56,202 bases of DNA from Girardia tigrina. Taxonomy: Eukaryota. The notes under the pieces are model-generated. The model had not been told where the DNA came from. It worked only from the letters and a program-made list of their open reading frames with translations, and did no database searches. How positions within the stretch are numbered: the stretch's first letter is position 1; each line of letters starts with the position of its first letter. The DNA is taken from positions 1-56,202 of the forward strand of contig MQRK01219542.1 in the NCBI GenBank assembly GCA_001938485.1, written 5' to 3'. The translations under genes were made by a program, and so were the position numbers. This document shows, piece by piece, positions 25,024-37,236 of this stretch.

Positions 25024-26385
25024 TCATTTGATATTCAAATCGACAACTGAAGATGGCGCTGATTTAATGTTTCGTCTGAGAGAGATTAAAGGATATCGTC
25101 GCAACAGCGATTTCGTTGCTTGAATAAAAGGTCTTGGAGATTGTGTTTTGCCGTTTGGATTCTTATGAAAATTCGAAGTTTTTTCTAACTTTTTCTTTGA
25201 ATATTTTGTAGATTTTAGTTGAGATGTCGAAAGTTCGGCATAGTTTAAACCGTAGTTTTTTATTCTTGTCGAATAACTAAACCCACTTATATTGGGAGGA
25301 GTGGGAGCATCTAAAATTCTGTTCCTTCGTTTTAAATATGGATCATTAAGATGTAATATTGACGTAATGGGGAATGGTGGTGTTATATTTAGTTGACTTT
25401 GGGATGTTTCCATTCTCACATCTGATGATCCACTGAGATCTAGAGCTTCGGTTTGTGGTTCGGAATTAACGACAGTTTGAACTTGAAGAGGTTTACTAAT
25501 CAATAATGGTGATTTAGAAGAATTTTCCTTCATATTCTGAGTTTGTCGGTAACCGTATTTATAAAGAATATCAATTATTTCCGGAGCGTTTTTAAATATT
25601 GGTATAGGAATAGGAATAGGAACAGGAATGTAAAGAGGTCCGGAGACCGGTATTTTAACTGGCTCTGTTGATTTTGCATGTAAATTAAAATTTGTTAACG
25701 AAGGAGGCGGACGAGAATTGAGAAAATCTGCATAATTATTAAAGGTATGATAAAGTGGATTTAGGTTATGTTGTGTTAGATTTGAGATTTGTGGACCCAA
25801 AGATGTATCGGAAGGAAAGATACGTTTAGCCGATTTATGAAACTTGGTGAACGATGAACAACGAGATTTCTTTAAAGGAACAACGGGAACGTTTTTGTTC
25901 GTTTTATTTGTAGGAGTTGGAATTTTATTCCCATTTCCGGATTTTTTCTCATCACTGTGTTTCGATCCAGTTACAGATTCCGAATCAACATCGAGAATAT
26001 TTTCTTCTTTCTTAATTAACAACACATCCGATGTTTCTTTTTCGAAAACCGTTTTTTTGTAATTATTCAAACATATATTATTACAGAAATGCAATTGTTC
26101 AACACTTGCAATACAACCGTTTTCGTTTGATTCAATAGATTCACTTTTATTAGACGTTTTCGATGTCGCGCTATATTCACTTCCGGATTTCGTTCCAGTT
26201 TCGGAAAGAGATACTCTGTCGCACCAGTCACAGGTTTTACCACGCTTGAAAGATGCCCGTCTGGACAACTCGAAACATTTTTCACTACAAAATGATTTCT
26301 TGATTTTGTCATTTCCAGGATAGTTAATGAAAATATTCTCTGAAACTGTGATATCACACCAACCACATATTGGCACTCTAGTCAT
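25024..26385 (-). CDS. SOBP: Sine oculis-binding protein homologue (SOBP), ~453 aa, single coding exon
   Basis: Two FCS-type zinc fingers: CGWC...SFCSEKCFELSRRASFKR and CDWC...LHFCNNICLNNYKKTVFEKET, plus the PVPIPIPIPI proline box characteristic of SOBP. First in-frame ATG at 26385 (the ORF track starts at a non-ATG codon at 26496). Confidence 0.92.
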   Translation of the reverse strand: MTRVPICGWCDITVSENIFINYPGNDKIKKSFCSEKCFELSRRASFKRGKTCDWCDRVSLSETGTKSGSEYSATSKTSNKSESIESNENGCIASVEQLHFCNNICLNNYKKTVFEKETSDVLLIKKEENILDVDSESVTGSKHSDEKKSGNGNKIPTPTNKTNKNVPVVPLKKSRCSSFTKFHKSAKRIFPSDTSLGPQISNLTQHNLNPLYHTFNNYADFLNSRPPPSLTNFNLHAKSTEPVKIPVSGPLYIPVPIPIPIPIFKNAPEIIDILYKYGYRQTQNMKENSSKSPLLISKPLQVQTVVNSEPQTEALDLSGSSDVRMETSQSQLNITPPFPITSILHLNDPYLKRRNRILDAPTPPNISGFSYSTRIKNYGLNYAELSTSQLKSTKYSKKKLEKTSNFHKNPNGKTQSPRPFIQATKSLLRRYPLISLRRNIKSAPSSVVDLNIK

Positions 26386-27109
26386 ATTTATTGAATTATC
26401 TACAAAGAAATTTGATTCAAATATCGAGTTAGAATTATTGAAAAAAGATTTTAATTTGATATTGGAAGAAATAGATAGAGAAAATTTTATGTACAAGTGT
26501 TAAATTTCGAGAGAACTGCCACGTAAGTTGTGTTAATCAATGGACTTGAAAATGGTTTCAATTTACAGTCCTTGATAAAGTATTGGATTACATTGTGAAA
26601 TGAAAACTATACAAACAAATTTCATTTATTTTTTGACAAGAAATAACAGTCTCAACAACATTTCGTCATTGTTGAATAAATGTTTTCAGGAAATCATTCC
26701 TATCACTTGGAATGAAAACGATATATTATGTTTTATTAAGATTGAATTTCAACTCGTTGAGATTTTGCTGTACGAAAAAGAAAAACGAAAATTATCGATT
26801 CTCGAATTTCTCAGTAATTTTAAGAGAAATTACTCTTTTGGCAAAATTTTTTTATCAATTGATTTTATTATTTTAGTATAACATTGAAATTTTATCATTC
26901 CTTCATTAAACATAGGTTACAATGAATGAAAAAGAAATTATATTTCCTGGTCGAATTTTCATTTTCAACATTTTATTCTTTGCTTTTCATAAACAGACGA
27001 AACAAAACGATTATTTAACATATGTTTTTGCTTGATAAAAATAAACAAGAAATAAATATTTGAAATTATTTTAATTTAAAATTTTTGAATGTTTTTTCTT
27101 AATCTAAAA

Positions 27110-27471
27110 CCCCTTAACGCACAATTTTTTGAAAAGAAACCGGCAAAAAAATCATGTTTTTGTAACAAAAATACAATGTAAAACGTTGTCTTGGCAGGAA
27201 AATTATAAAAATATAAGAATAATTAAAATTTTTACGAAACATTATTTTTACGCGATTCAGCATGATCTGTGCAAGCGCAAGTTTTTTACAATAATTTTCT
27301 AGTCGAAATATGGCTGAAAGGCGGAAAATCACGTATCGGGAAGGTATGCAACAACCGCCCAAGATTCTGAGTTCGTTTGGCGAGTTTAGTGTTGTAAGCA
27401 AGTTAACACGTTTCTGCACGGTTTTGCCAGTTTAGCGCGAACGAATTAACTCGTCAGTGCACATTAAGGGG
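27110..27471. mobile_element. piggyBac-like MITE
   Basis: Termini CCCCTTAACGCAC / GTGCACATTAAGGGG with TTAA on the right; left TSD degenerate. Confidence 0.55.
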
Positions 27472-27490
27472 TTAAATTATAATTTTTATT

Positions 27491-27493
<3 letters not shown>

Positions 27494-27538
<45 letters not shown>
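27494..27538. repeat. (AAT)n microsatellite
   Basis: About 15 perfect AAT units. Confidence 0.95.
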
Positions 27539-27539
<1 letters not shown>

Positions 27540-27959
27540 TTAAAATTAATGATAATTTCTTCTGTTAGTGTTACAAACCGGAAATTTCTGTGGTCGCCCG
27601 ATTTAGAACTAGATTGTTGAATGTGATATTTATAAATGTTATTGAAAAATAGTATTTAAAAATAATATACTTTAAAACTTGAATCTAGTGAACGTTAATT
27701 TAATATTGTTACAATAAACTTTACTTGAAGATCGCTTTGCAGAATTTTCTTATAAGAAATCTCTGATTAGATTCTGAGGCCCGGCACACCGGCAAAGGGT
27801 CGCCTCTTAGGATGGATTGAATAATGAACATTCTAAATATTTGCTACGTCTGGAGGGATCAATTTGAAAAGGATGATCGAAACATCATTGCTCAGACAAA
27901 ATGTGTGCTTTAATTGTGTGTCTAAATTGTTTGTCGTATATTTCGACAAATTGGATCAG

Positions 27960-28326
27960 TTTCGACACGATTGGATCAGTATTATTCCAAAGAGACAAGG
28001 ACGGACGTAAGAGAGTTATTGCATATGGTTCACACTCTATGAATAATCATGAAAAAGGATACTGCATTACGAGGAAGTAGCTGTTGGCAATGTATTACTT
28101 CTGTCAACATTTTAATCATTATTTATACGGGAAGCGATTCACTTTGAGAACGGATCATAAGGCAATAACGTTTATGGTTAAAACAAAAAAACCGATAACG
28201 GCGCAATTTCAGACATGGATTAATTATTTATCAAGTCTTCACATACACTTAGAATACAGAAAAGGAACAGATCATTCCAACGCGGATATGTTGTCTCGAA
28301 ATACATGTGATACATGTACATCATAA
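27960..28326 (+). pseudogene. Ty3/Gypsy pol RNase H fragment
   Basis: IGSVLFQ...RVIAYGS...GYCITRK*LLAMYYF...YLYGKRFTLRTDHKAI...EYRKGTDHSNADMLSR. Confidence 0.9.
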
Positions 28327-29302
28327 GTAATTTATTATCATCATTATTATCATCATTATAGATTGTTTCAAAAAAAATTTAAAAAAAACAAAAGAAATAT
28401 AAATAATAAATTATAATTTTTTTGAAATATTATTTTATTTTAATAGAAAATTTTTATTTATTTATTTTAAATATTTACTTTGTGTATTTTTAATGTTAAT
28501 AATCAAGTTGAAGTACCTAATTACAAAACCGCGAAATTGAAATCATTTTGTAGAATAGAAAACTCATCCTTTGAAACAGCAGAGATTCTATTTTTATAAT
28601 GTATCCAGTGATAAAGAATCTGACTTGATCGATTTTATTGTAAATGCTTTTTATTTATATTTTTATTTTATTTTATCATTTACGGTTTTTATTTTATAAT
28701 TTTATTGAAATAATTTATAAGTACTGATGACAATTTAGGAGATATTGAAACATGTACAATGATTATATTTTGAAACAAGCTTTAAGTTAATTATTTTAAA
28801 ATATTCGTCTTAAAAACTAAGATGGACGACATTCCGCAATTCCCTCTTTCAAAAGTGGCTTCTACTTAATAATAACCCTTACGATTTCAAATGAAATCCA
28901 TATTATTTTTCTTTGGTATAAAACATCTGAAACTATTTGAATTCTACAGGGTTTAAATCAAGTAAAATATTGAAAGAAATGTAAATCTATAGACTTTCAA
29001 AAAATTGATATATCGTAAAGAAAAATATATTCATTTATTATTACTATTACAGGGTTTTTCATTTTACTTATTCCATTTTAATTTGAAAAGAAATTAAAAG
29101 CATATGAAGCCCTTAAATAAATGTTTTCTTCGGTATTTCGAGCGATATGAACTAGTTAAACTCTTAAAACTATAGTTGAATTCATTTATAGTTCTATAAG
29201 ATTATATAAAAATACTGGAAGAAAGATTTCGAATAAGAAAGCAAATAGAGTAGGTTATAAATTGCTCATCGACGAAGTAAAAAATCTGATCCATATATAT
29301 AC

Positions 29303-29419
29303 AAGCATCCCGAGGAGCCAGGAATGATCTGGTTTTTCTCAGACGAGAAGAACTTTGTTCAGGACCAAAAGGTGAATCGCAAAAATGATCGGTGGCTGTG
29401 TAAAACACCGGATGATGTA
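29303..29419 (+). pseudogene. maT/DD37D-like transposase fragment running into an N gap
   Basis: KHPEEPGMIWFFSDEKNFVQDQKVNRKNDRW (first catalytic D motif FSDEK). Confidence 0.8.
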
Positions 29420-30139
29420 NNNNNNNNNNNNNNNNNNNNNNNNNNNNNNNNNNNNNNNNNNNNNNNNNNNNNNNNNNNNNNNNNNNNNNNNNNNNNNNNN
29501 NNNNNNNNNNNNNNNNNNNNNNNNNNNNNNNNNNNNNNNNNNNNNNNNNNNNNNNNNNNNNNNNNNNNNNNNNNNNNNNNNNNNNNNNNNNNNNNNNNNN
29601 NNNNNNNNNNNNNNNNNNNNNNNNNNNNNNNNNNNNNNNNNNNNNNNNNNNNNNNNNNNNNNNNNNNNNNNNNNNNNNNNNNNNNNNNNNNNNNNNNNNN
29701 NNNNNNNNNNNNNNNNNNNNNNNNNNNNNNNNNNNNNNNNNNNNNNNNNNNNNNNNNNNNNNNNNNNNNNNNNNNNNNNNNNNNNNNNNNNNNNNNNNNN
29801 NNNNNNNNNNNNNNNNNNNNNNNNNNNNNNNNNNNNNNNNNNNNNNNNNNNNNNNNNNNNNNNNNNNNNNNNNNNNNNNNNNNNNNNNNNNNNNNNNNNN
29901 NNNNNNNNNNNNNNNNNNNNNNNNNNNNNNNNNNNNNNNNNNNNNNNNNNNNNNNNNNNNNNNNNNNNNNNNNNNNNNNNNNNNNNNNNNNNNNNNNNNN
30001 NNNNNNNNNNNNNNNNNNNNNNNNNNNNNNNNNNNNNNNNNNNNNNNNNNNNNNNNNNNNNNNNNNNNNNNNNNNNNATATATATATATATATATATATA
30101 TATTTCAATAACATTTAATAAAATAAAAGGAAACTGTTC

Positions 30140-30830
30140 GATGTGAAAAATAAAAATGTTTCAGTCTCCACCATGTTTAGAACTATAGATGAATCCAACT
30201 ATAGTTTTAAAAGAGTTCAAATAGTTCCTATAGCTAGAAATGCCGAATCAAACGTTTATTTAAGAACTTCATATGTTTTTGATTTATTTTCAAAGGAAGA
30301 AGATAATCTAGTTTTTATAGATGAAATGGGTGGAATAGTGGAAAAGTGAATGGAACTTGAGAGGTACAACTCCAAGAAAGCCTGTCAAAAATATACATTG
30401 CAAAAGTTAATCAATTTGTGCAGAAATTACAAAAAGAAGCCTTTTATATTTTAAAATTCAGTTCATTATGTTGCAGACAGATTTAGTTCACTTATCAATG
30501 ATCTCTTAAATTTTATTCATGAAAGAAATCTTTCAAACATGATCTTAGTAATGGCCAATAGAACAATACACAAGGTTGATACCCTGAGGAACATGTTTGA
30601 AGAAAATGGTTACCAAATTTCTTTTATCCCGCCATACTCTCCTCAATTAAACCAAATTGAGGAAGTTTTCTCCAAGTTGAAGTCACATTAAAAGATTTAA
30701 TTGTAATAATTCTGAAAGAATTAATTCAGCTTTTATAAGTGGCAGTTTTACTCTAAATGAAGAAAACTGTGTTTCATATTTTAATCATACGAAATAGTTT
30801 GCTGTTAAAGCTTTAAATGATGAGGATTTT
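30140..30830 (+). pseudogene. Tc1/IS630-like DDE transposase remnant
   Basis: VSVSTMFR...NYSFKRV...LVFIDEMG and later PPYSPQLNQIEEVFSKLK. Confidence 0.8.
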
Positions 30831-30999
30831 TCAAATAAATTATTTATATTAGGTTTCATTTTTATTTCAATTGTTAAATTTATTTGTGTTGTATATAATT
30901 TAAAAAATATTAAGTTTATCTATGAATTTATTAAATAGATTAAATATGTTGAAAAATGGATTGAATAAAATGAAAAACCTTGTATTAATGTTCTTGTTA

Positions 31000-31669
31000 C
31001 AGTGTAAGCCACTTAATAGGACCACATTTGTCCCAAGCCCAACTGGTCCTTTTAACCGACTGGTCCCATTAAGCGAAGTGGTGTTATTTTTTGACAAAGT
31101 ACACTTTTCGAGTTGCTACAACATTTTGCGCGTTTTTAAATGTCGCCATCGGTTTAAAACTGCCTGCAAACCGATTGCGATGGTCTAAACAGTTTGAGAG
31201 CTTTGAAGTACACACTCTTCGTATAAACAGTACTTTAAACGCTTTAACTATGTACAGTATTGGGCGATACAGTTCTGCACTACTTTACTGTATTTTAAAA
31301 TGAATGACAGTTGTCATGGTTGCATTCAGCCTTTGGATATTCACACTTGTAATACTGCACTGTACTGGATTTTACGGTTTAAACTTAAATACAGTAAATA
31401 AAAATTCAGTCAAGACCTGCTTCTTTATTACTTGTGTCTGTGTATGTTGATTGGGGTGGGTGTATGACTAAAAACACGTTTTTCATGACTTTCATGTTGT
31501 TTGAAGGGTCAAACAGTTTCATGAGTGGTCCCATTAACCGACTATTACTGGTCCTATTAAGCGGCTGCTTTAATATTCGAAACATAAGAAATGATTCGGT
31601 CCCACAGAATTTGGTCCTATTAAGCGGTTGGTCCTATTAACCAGTGGTCCTATTAAGCGGCTTTCACTG
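31000..31669. mobile_element. Tigger/pogo-type MITE (670 bp)
   Basis: TIRs CAGTGTAAGCCACTTAATAGGACCAC / GTGGTCCTATTAAGCGGCTTTCACTG, TA TSDs, GGTCCYATTAA subterminal repeats. Confidence 0.92.
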
Positions 31670-32893
31670 TACTTTATTTTTTTATCTTAACCTAGATGAT
31701 TAATTTCCCAAAATTTGTATTAAAATATTTCTTTCAATCATTCATAATTTTAGAAAATAATTTAAATTAAATTATTTTCCTAGTATAAAAAATACTTGTC
31801 GAATAATTGTAAAACTTGTGTATTAAATAATAGTCACAAAATATTGTAACAAAAAAAATTCAGATATCATTTCAAATTGTAAAACAACAATATGAATGAC
31901 TTTAACTATTTCCAGGGGTCCAAAATCTGGCGACCCATCTGTGAAAACAAATAATTCGCCGTTATTGTTATTAGAGTGTACAATTACCTTGAATATTATT
32001 TTTTCGATAAAATTGTTGTTGATTTATAAATTAATATGTTTTGCTTTAAATTATTTTCACTAAGCACTTTATGAACATTAAATAAATGATATTTACAAAG
32101 TTTAACTTTAATTGAATTATTTAGCATTTTAATGGACATTTGAAATGTTTTGGTTGACTTAAGTCATTCTTCTAAAACTGCTTACTTTTAGGATTATCAA
32201 TGTACTTCAATGAATGTTGATTAAGGAAATATAAATTAACCTCACTTATAACAAACAGTTAAACTCAGAATTCACTATTTAATTAACTTAACTTATTAAT
32301 AACTTATTTAAATATTATTTTAAAATTATATTTTAATAAAACTTTGATTTATTACAAAAGTTTAACCTTTCAAATCATGGAAAAAGTATTGAAAACTTTA
32401 GTAATAAAAAGCAAGAAAACTTAAATGATTTTAATAGGCTTTTATCTGACAATAATTGTTTTAGTGTATTAAGATTTAGCATCCTTTTTAGACTAAAACT
32501 AAAATTGTTATGTTGTTCTTTATTTTATTTTTTAATAACTTTTAAATTATTTCACTGATTTAACTGAATTATATTAAATACCAATGTGTCAATTTGATTA
32601 ATTTACCAAATAAACTGAAACATAAAAAATAATATTTCTAAATAAAACCATTAAATGCGATTTACAAGCATCTTAAGGGAATGAAATCTTATGTTAACAC
32701 ATTATGTGCGAGTACGCTTGCAGCGGAATTGTACCGGGAGCGGACGTTTTTCGTGTAAATTTAGTTATTCAGTTATATCTCAATCGATCGAAAATTATTT
32801 AATTTTTTAACCTACTTTTCGTATTTTATATTGATTATTTAAATATATAAATGGAAATATATAAATAATAAACTTAAGATTGTTATACCATTA

Positions 32894-33471
32894 CACTCAT
32901 GCCTCGCTATACGACTGCTCTTTATACGGCTTTTCGCTATAACGGCCTACTTTAATTATGGCACTTTTTCGATTTACGGCCTAGAATTTTTCGTTATACG
33001 GCCGAAAAAAAATTTTGAAAAAAGTGTGAAAAAAAACATTAATACATGCAAACAGCTAACCTTAAAAAACTTGTGCAATGCTCTTTCTCATTTCGAACAA
33101 GGAATAAACATCCTTCTTCAAAATGATCCCGACGTAGAACGCAGCGCTAACGTTTCTCGAGGAATTAACTCAGCCATTAATTGTTATATAGAACTGCAAA
33201 AGGAAGCAAAAACCAAGGCAAGACAAACAACGTTGGATAAATTTCTTAAACCAGATCCATCTACATCTACAACAGCGGAAAGTGATCATGACATTATATT
33301 GAAGCTTACCGATTATTCTTCTTCGTCTTCAGATTAGTCTTTAAAAATTTGAATTTATGTATTTTATTATGTATGAATTTTATTAATTTAAATTTTATTA
33401 ATGAATTTGTTTTTTTGATTTNNNNNNNNNNNNNNNNNNNNNNNNNNNNNNNNNNNNNNNNNNNNNNNNNN

Positions 33472-33513
<42 letters not shown>

Positions 33514-33730
33514 TTGTTATTTATTTTTATTTTATATGAAAGCATTTTTAAATGAAATAAAAAGAAAAAATGCATTTTAAACTAAAAACTACGTTATTTT
33601 ATAAAAAATTGGAACCAATCCTATTGAATTTATATGGAATTGTATCAAAATAATTGATTCGTTATGCGGCATTTCGCTTTGCGGCCAACTTTCCTGGAAC
33701 GTATCTAGGCCGTATATCGAGGTATGAGTG
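32894..33730 (+). mobile_element. Internally deleted Tigger element retaining only the transposase C-terminus
   Basis: TIRs CACTCATGCCTCGCTATACG / CGTATATCGAGGTATGAGTG with TA TSDs; ORF 33026-33337 has NDPDVERS...CY...RQTTLDKF typical of Tigger/TIGD1 tails. Confidence 0.88.
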
Positions 33731-34362
33731 TATTTTTGTACCCACAAACAAAAGTACTAGTACGTGTCCCACATACAATGTGTTCACATAGTAATCGAAA
33801 AATTGCTTTCCAATGTTCAATATAGTTGCAGAATTTTCATTATTAATCTTTCAATCTCAGTACAAATAATAAGATAATGAATTATATATGAATTGATAAA
33901 TTGTTTGGGTCCAAAGTGTTGAAGCATAAGAAATTTTAAAATGTGAGCATCTTAGTAATCTTTATTTTATCTATGTATTCTAAAATTTTGATTATAAAAG
34001 TTTTATGGCTCGACTTAAATTCGCACCCCTTACAATATTGAACTAAATAATAAACTACAAATAAATGTTTACATATTTCGCACTTTAAGTATCAAAATCA
34101 CTTTCCCAGATTAAAAATAAATAAATAAAAATAAAATATTAATAATTAAAATAACCGAAACGAAGTAATCAATTAAAATTTAAGGTTTGATAGAAGTGTT
34201 TGATTTGGTTTAATTTTTAACACTTTGTGAATGTGATTCTAATACTGAAATAAAGAAAATATCTCCTAAAATATCTAAATAAAGAATATATGTGAAAGTA
34301 GATTAATAATAGAATTAAATCAATAAATTTATGGTTGATAAGTATTTCTTAGTTTTCATTAA

Positions 34363-34580
34363 CCCTTAAATGTATAATTTTTTATTTGTTTGCACTTGAA
34401 ATTCTGATGACAGCTAGTGACTTTTGACATTTATATTAATATAGGATGGAATATTGAAGTTATGGTTAGGCAAAATATAAAAGAATAATATACACAAAGA
34501 ACTGCGAATATTCATAACTGGATGAAAGTAACTTCCAAACATTTTTCAGTATCATATTCGATTCAAGATGCATTTAAAGG
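34363..34580. mobile_element. piggyBac-like MITE
   Basis: TTAA-CCCTTAAATGTAT ... ATGCATTTAAAGG-TTAA. Confidence 0.65.
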
Positions 34581-37236
34581 TTAAGCATCATAAATGACTT
34601 ATTTACTGTGTAAGTACTTTTTATGAAATCAAATACAAAAAACCACAATTAATTAAAAATAAAGTTTCAAGAAAGAATGAAAATATTTTTTTTCAGTTGA
34701 AATTAATTTTGGTTGCTGAGTTTCGTATGAGGATAAAAATTGTTTAAATCTTGTGACAACTGAACATATTAAACATCGGATTATTCAATTTCAAATATTC
34801 TTTTGAATAAAAATAAAAAAATCAATTCTAAAATGAGATATTCTTAGCAAATCAAATTAAATTCTTCCAATTAATTTTTGATTATTATTTAAACTTAATG
34901 AACAAAAATATTTACCAACTCTAAACGAAATGTTAAAAAAAAACACGATGTAAACTAAAATTTGAATTTTTTCAATTCTAAAGTGAAAAATTTAATTAAA
35001 TTTCCATATTAAATTAACATTATTTAAATTTTTAATAATATTTTTACAGAAACTATATTACAAAAAAAATGAATATTTTATACAATTAACGATTTACATT
35101 TCAAAAAATAATTCAAATTCAAAAAAAAAATTAAATATTAAAAAAAAAATTTTCAAACAAAAAACTAAAAAAAAAGTTACCGATTTTTTTAGCGAAAAAA
35201 TTTGGACAAAAAAAATTCGCAGATTACAACAATTCTTGGGTTGAATGATAATGATAATAGTCAAATAAAACAGGCATTAACTTACTTATACCGGTACGGT
35301 ATCTAATATTACTGCAACGTTTTTGGTGCATCCAATCCCGTAGATAGTCTAATCATGCTTCTTGATGAAATGTAATAATCTATAGACTATGGCACGTTGT
35401 GTGTGAAGGAGAAGAGAAATAAATGAACAGGTAATATGAGATAATTGAAATCTGATACCTAAGTGGAAGCTATATGGCTCTCACTCTGTCAGATTAGACT
35501 GCGTCAATGTTGAATAATAAAAATAACTCCACAGTTACTGACTAACGTTTGCGGATGTGTCGTTCTTTAATTAAGGCAACGAAGTTAATGACATTGTGCG
35601 ACGGCGATTATGTTGACAAAAATCATTTGATACTAAGCTTTTTTATACGTTCCCATTCTTGTTGATAAGGTGATTTTTCGAATGGCAGTTTGTTTTTCTG
35701 CCCTCATCATATTGCCTCGAGAAAGTACGGCTTACCGATTATTTTTTTTAAGTATGCGGTATTGCAACAAAAGAACTAATCTCTATTTAAGTAGGTATGC
35801 CAGAATAGACAATTGCATTGCAAAGCCAGATTTTGTTGCCACGGCCCTAACAACACACTACTCTAGCCAGATTTTTTTGTTCCAGCCGTTTATGCATGTC
35901 TGAATGCGACTGTGTGTACATTTAGTTACAAAGCGTATTTGATTTCACAACTCAACTCGCTCATTGCCGCGACTCAGATTTCATGAAGCTTATTTTAGCT
36001 TGCCTGTAATATGATACGTTAAATTTGATTTGTCGTTGGGAGCTTGCTGGATCAATTAAAGCAATACGAATGGCTCTGTTATTACCAAAAATCCTACCAA
36101 TTTTTATAGAATCCTATTGTATTTCTATATCAAATAAATTAGTCTAAATATTAATTATGTTCCTTGTTTTGCAAAAAAATCGTAAATTTTGTTGAACTAA
36201 TATATTTAATTAAAGATATGTTGAAGTACTAATTGAAATCAAAAAGTTATTTGTGATTGTTCTTTGTCATTAGTCGTCTTTAACTGTTCTTTCTGCACTT
36301 GAATAACCTGTTTTATAATTCCGTTTTTTCTAATATGATATTTTGTTTAACATTTCTTGTTAAAATCAATTGTGACGTAATGTAGTAGTTTAATAATAAC
36401 TTATAAGCTAGAGTAGAGCCCGTACCGGGCGGCGATCTTTTCGGGCGACTGCATTCCTTTACGAGCCACGGGTCACAAATCAACGGGCTACGAGCCATTT
36501 CTACACATAACAGTATATGAACATACAAATAAGAAGAATGGTACATTCAAAACACTGAAAACAGAGACTCAGATAATTTTGAAACAAATGTTCCAAGGGG
36601 AGCTACCATCGACTTTGGTGCTAGTCTGAGGCCAACAAATTTTCCTAGTTCTACAAAAATCATTAATTTTAATCCAAACCGCAATGACAGCAGTCTTGTA
36701 TAATACAGGGCTTGTAAAACACAGGACTTTTAATTTGCACATGTGCACTATCGATCGGCACTTTGTCATGGAAATGGATGCCTTTACCAAAAGTGCTAAT
36801 TGATCATTGCATAGTGCCCAAATGTGCTAATGGATACTGCACATGTGACAATCGATAGTGAGAAGTGTGCAGCACATGTAAAAATGTGCAAAGTCGATTA
36901 ATTCAAAATTTTACACTTTTTAAAAGTGCAATTTTTTATATTTTGATTGGCTTAGTGTTTTCGGTGCACATTTTGAATCTCTATCCGACTGTACGAAGAA
37001 CTTTGATATATTGATTTGCTTTTCTTATAATAGTTTTAAGTACAAGGGTAGGAGAGAGTACATAGGTTTTAGAGATCAAATGAAGCAGAATTTTCAAATT
37101 CTGATAGTGCACATGGATAGAAAACCATATATAAAGAATTTGAAAATTTAACATATCAAAATTATGGGCTATTCCTTTATGATAATCTAATAAATTACGA
37201 TTATTATAATAGTTCACTATTGTCACAATACATTTA

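Noticed and set aside
26386-26496. N-terminal extension of SOBP in the ORF track
   Set aside because: Begins at a non-ATG codon; the first ATG is at 26385.
31015-31660. Repeated GGTCCYATTAA units resembling a CRISPR-like array
   Set aside because: Irregularly spaced subterminal repeats of a TA-flanked MITE in a eukaryotic genome; no cas genes.
35290-36970. Moderately GC-rich region with short ORFs and GTGCAC repeats
   Set aside because: No recognisable protein motif or paired termini; probably old transposon debris, not supportable as a feature.
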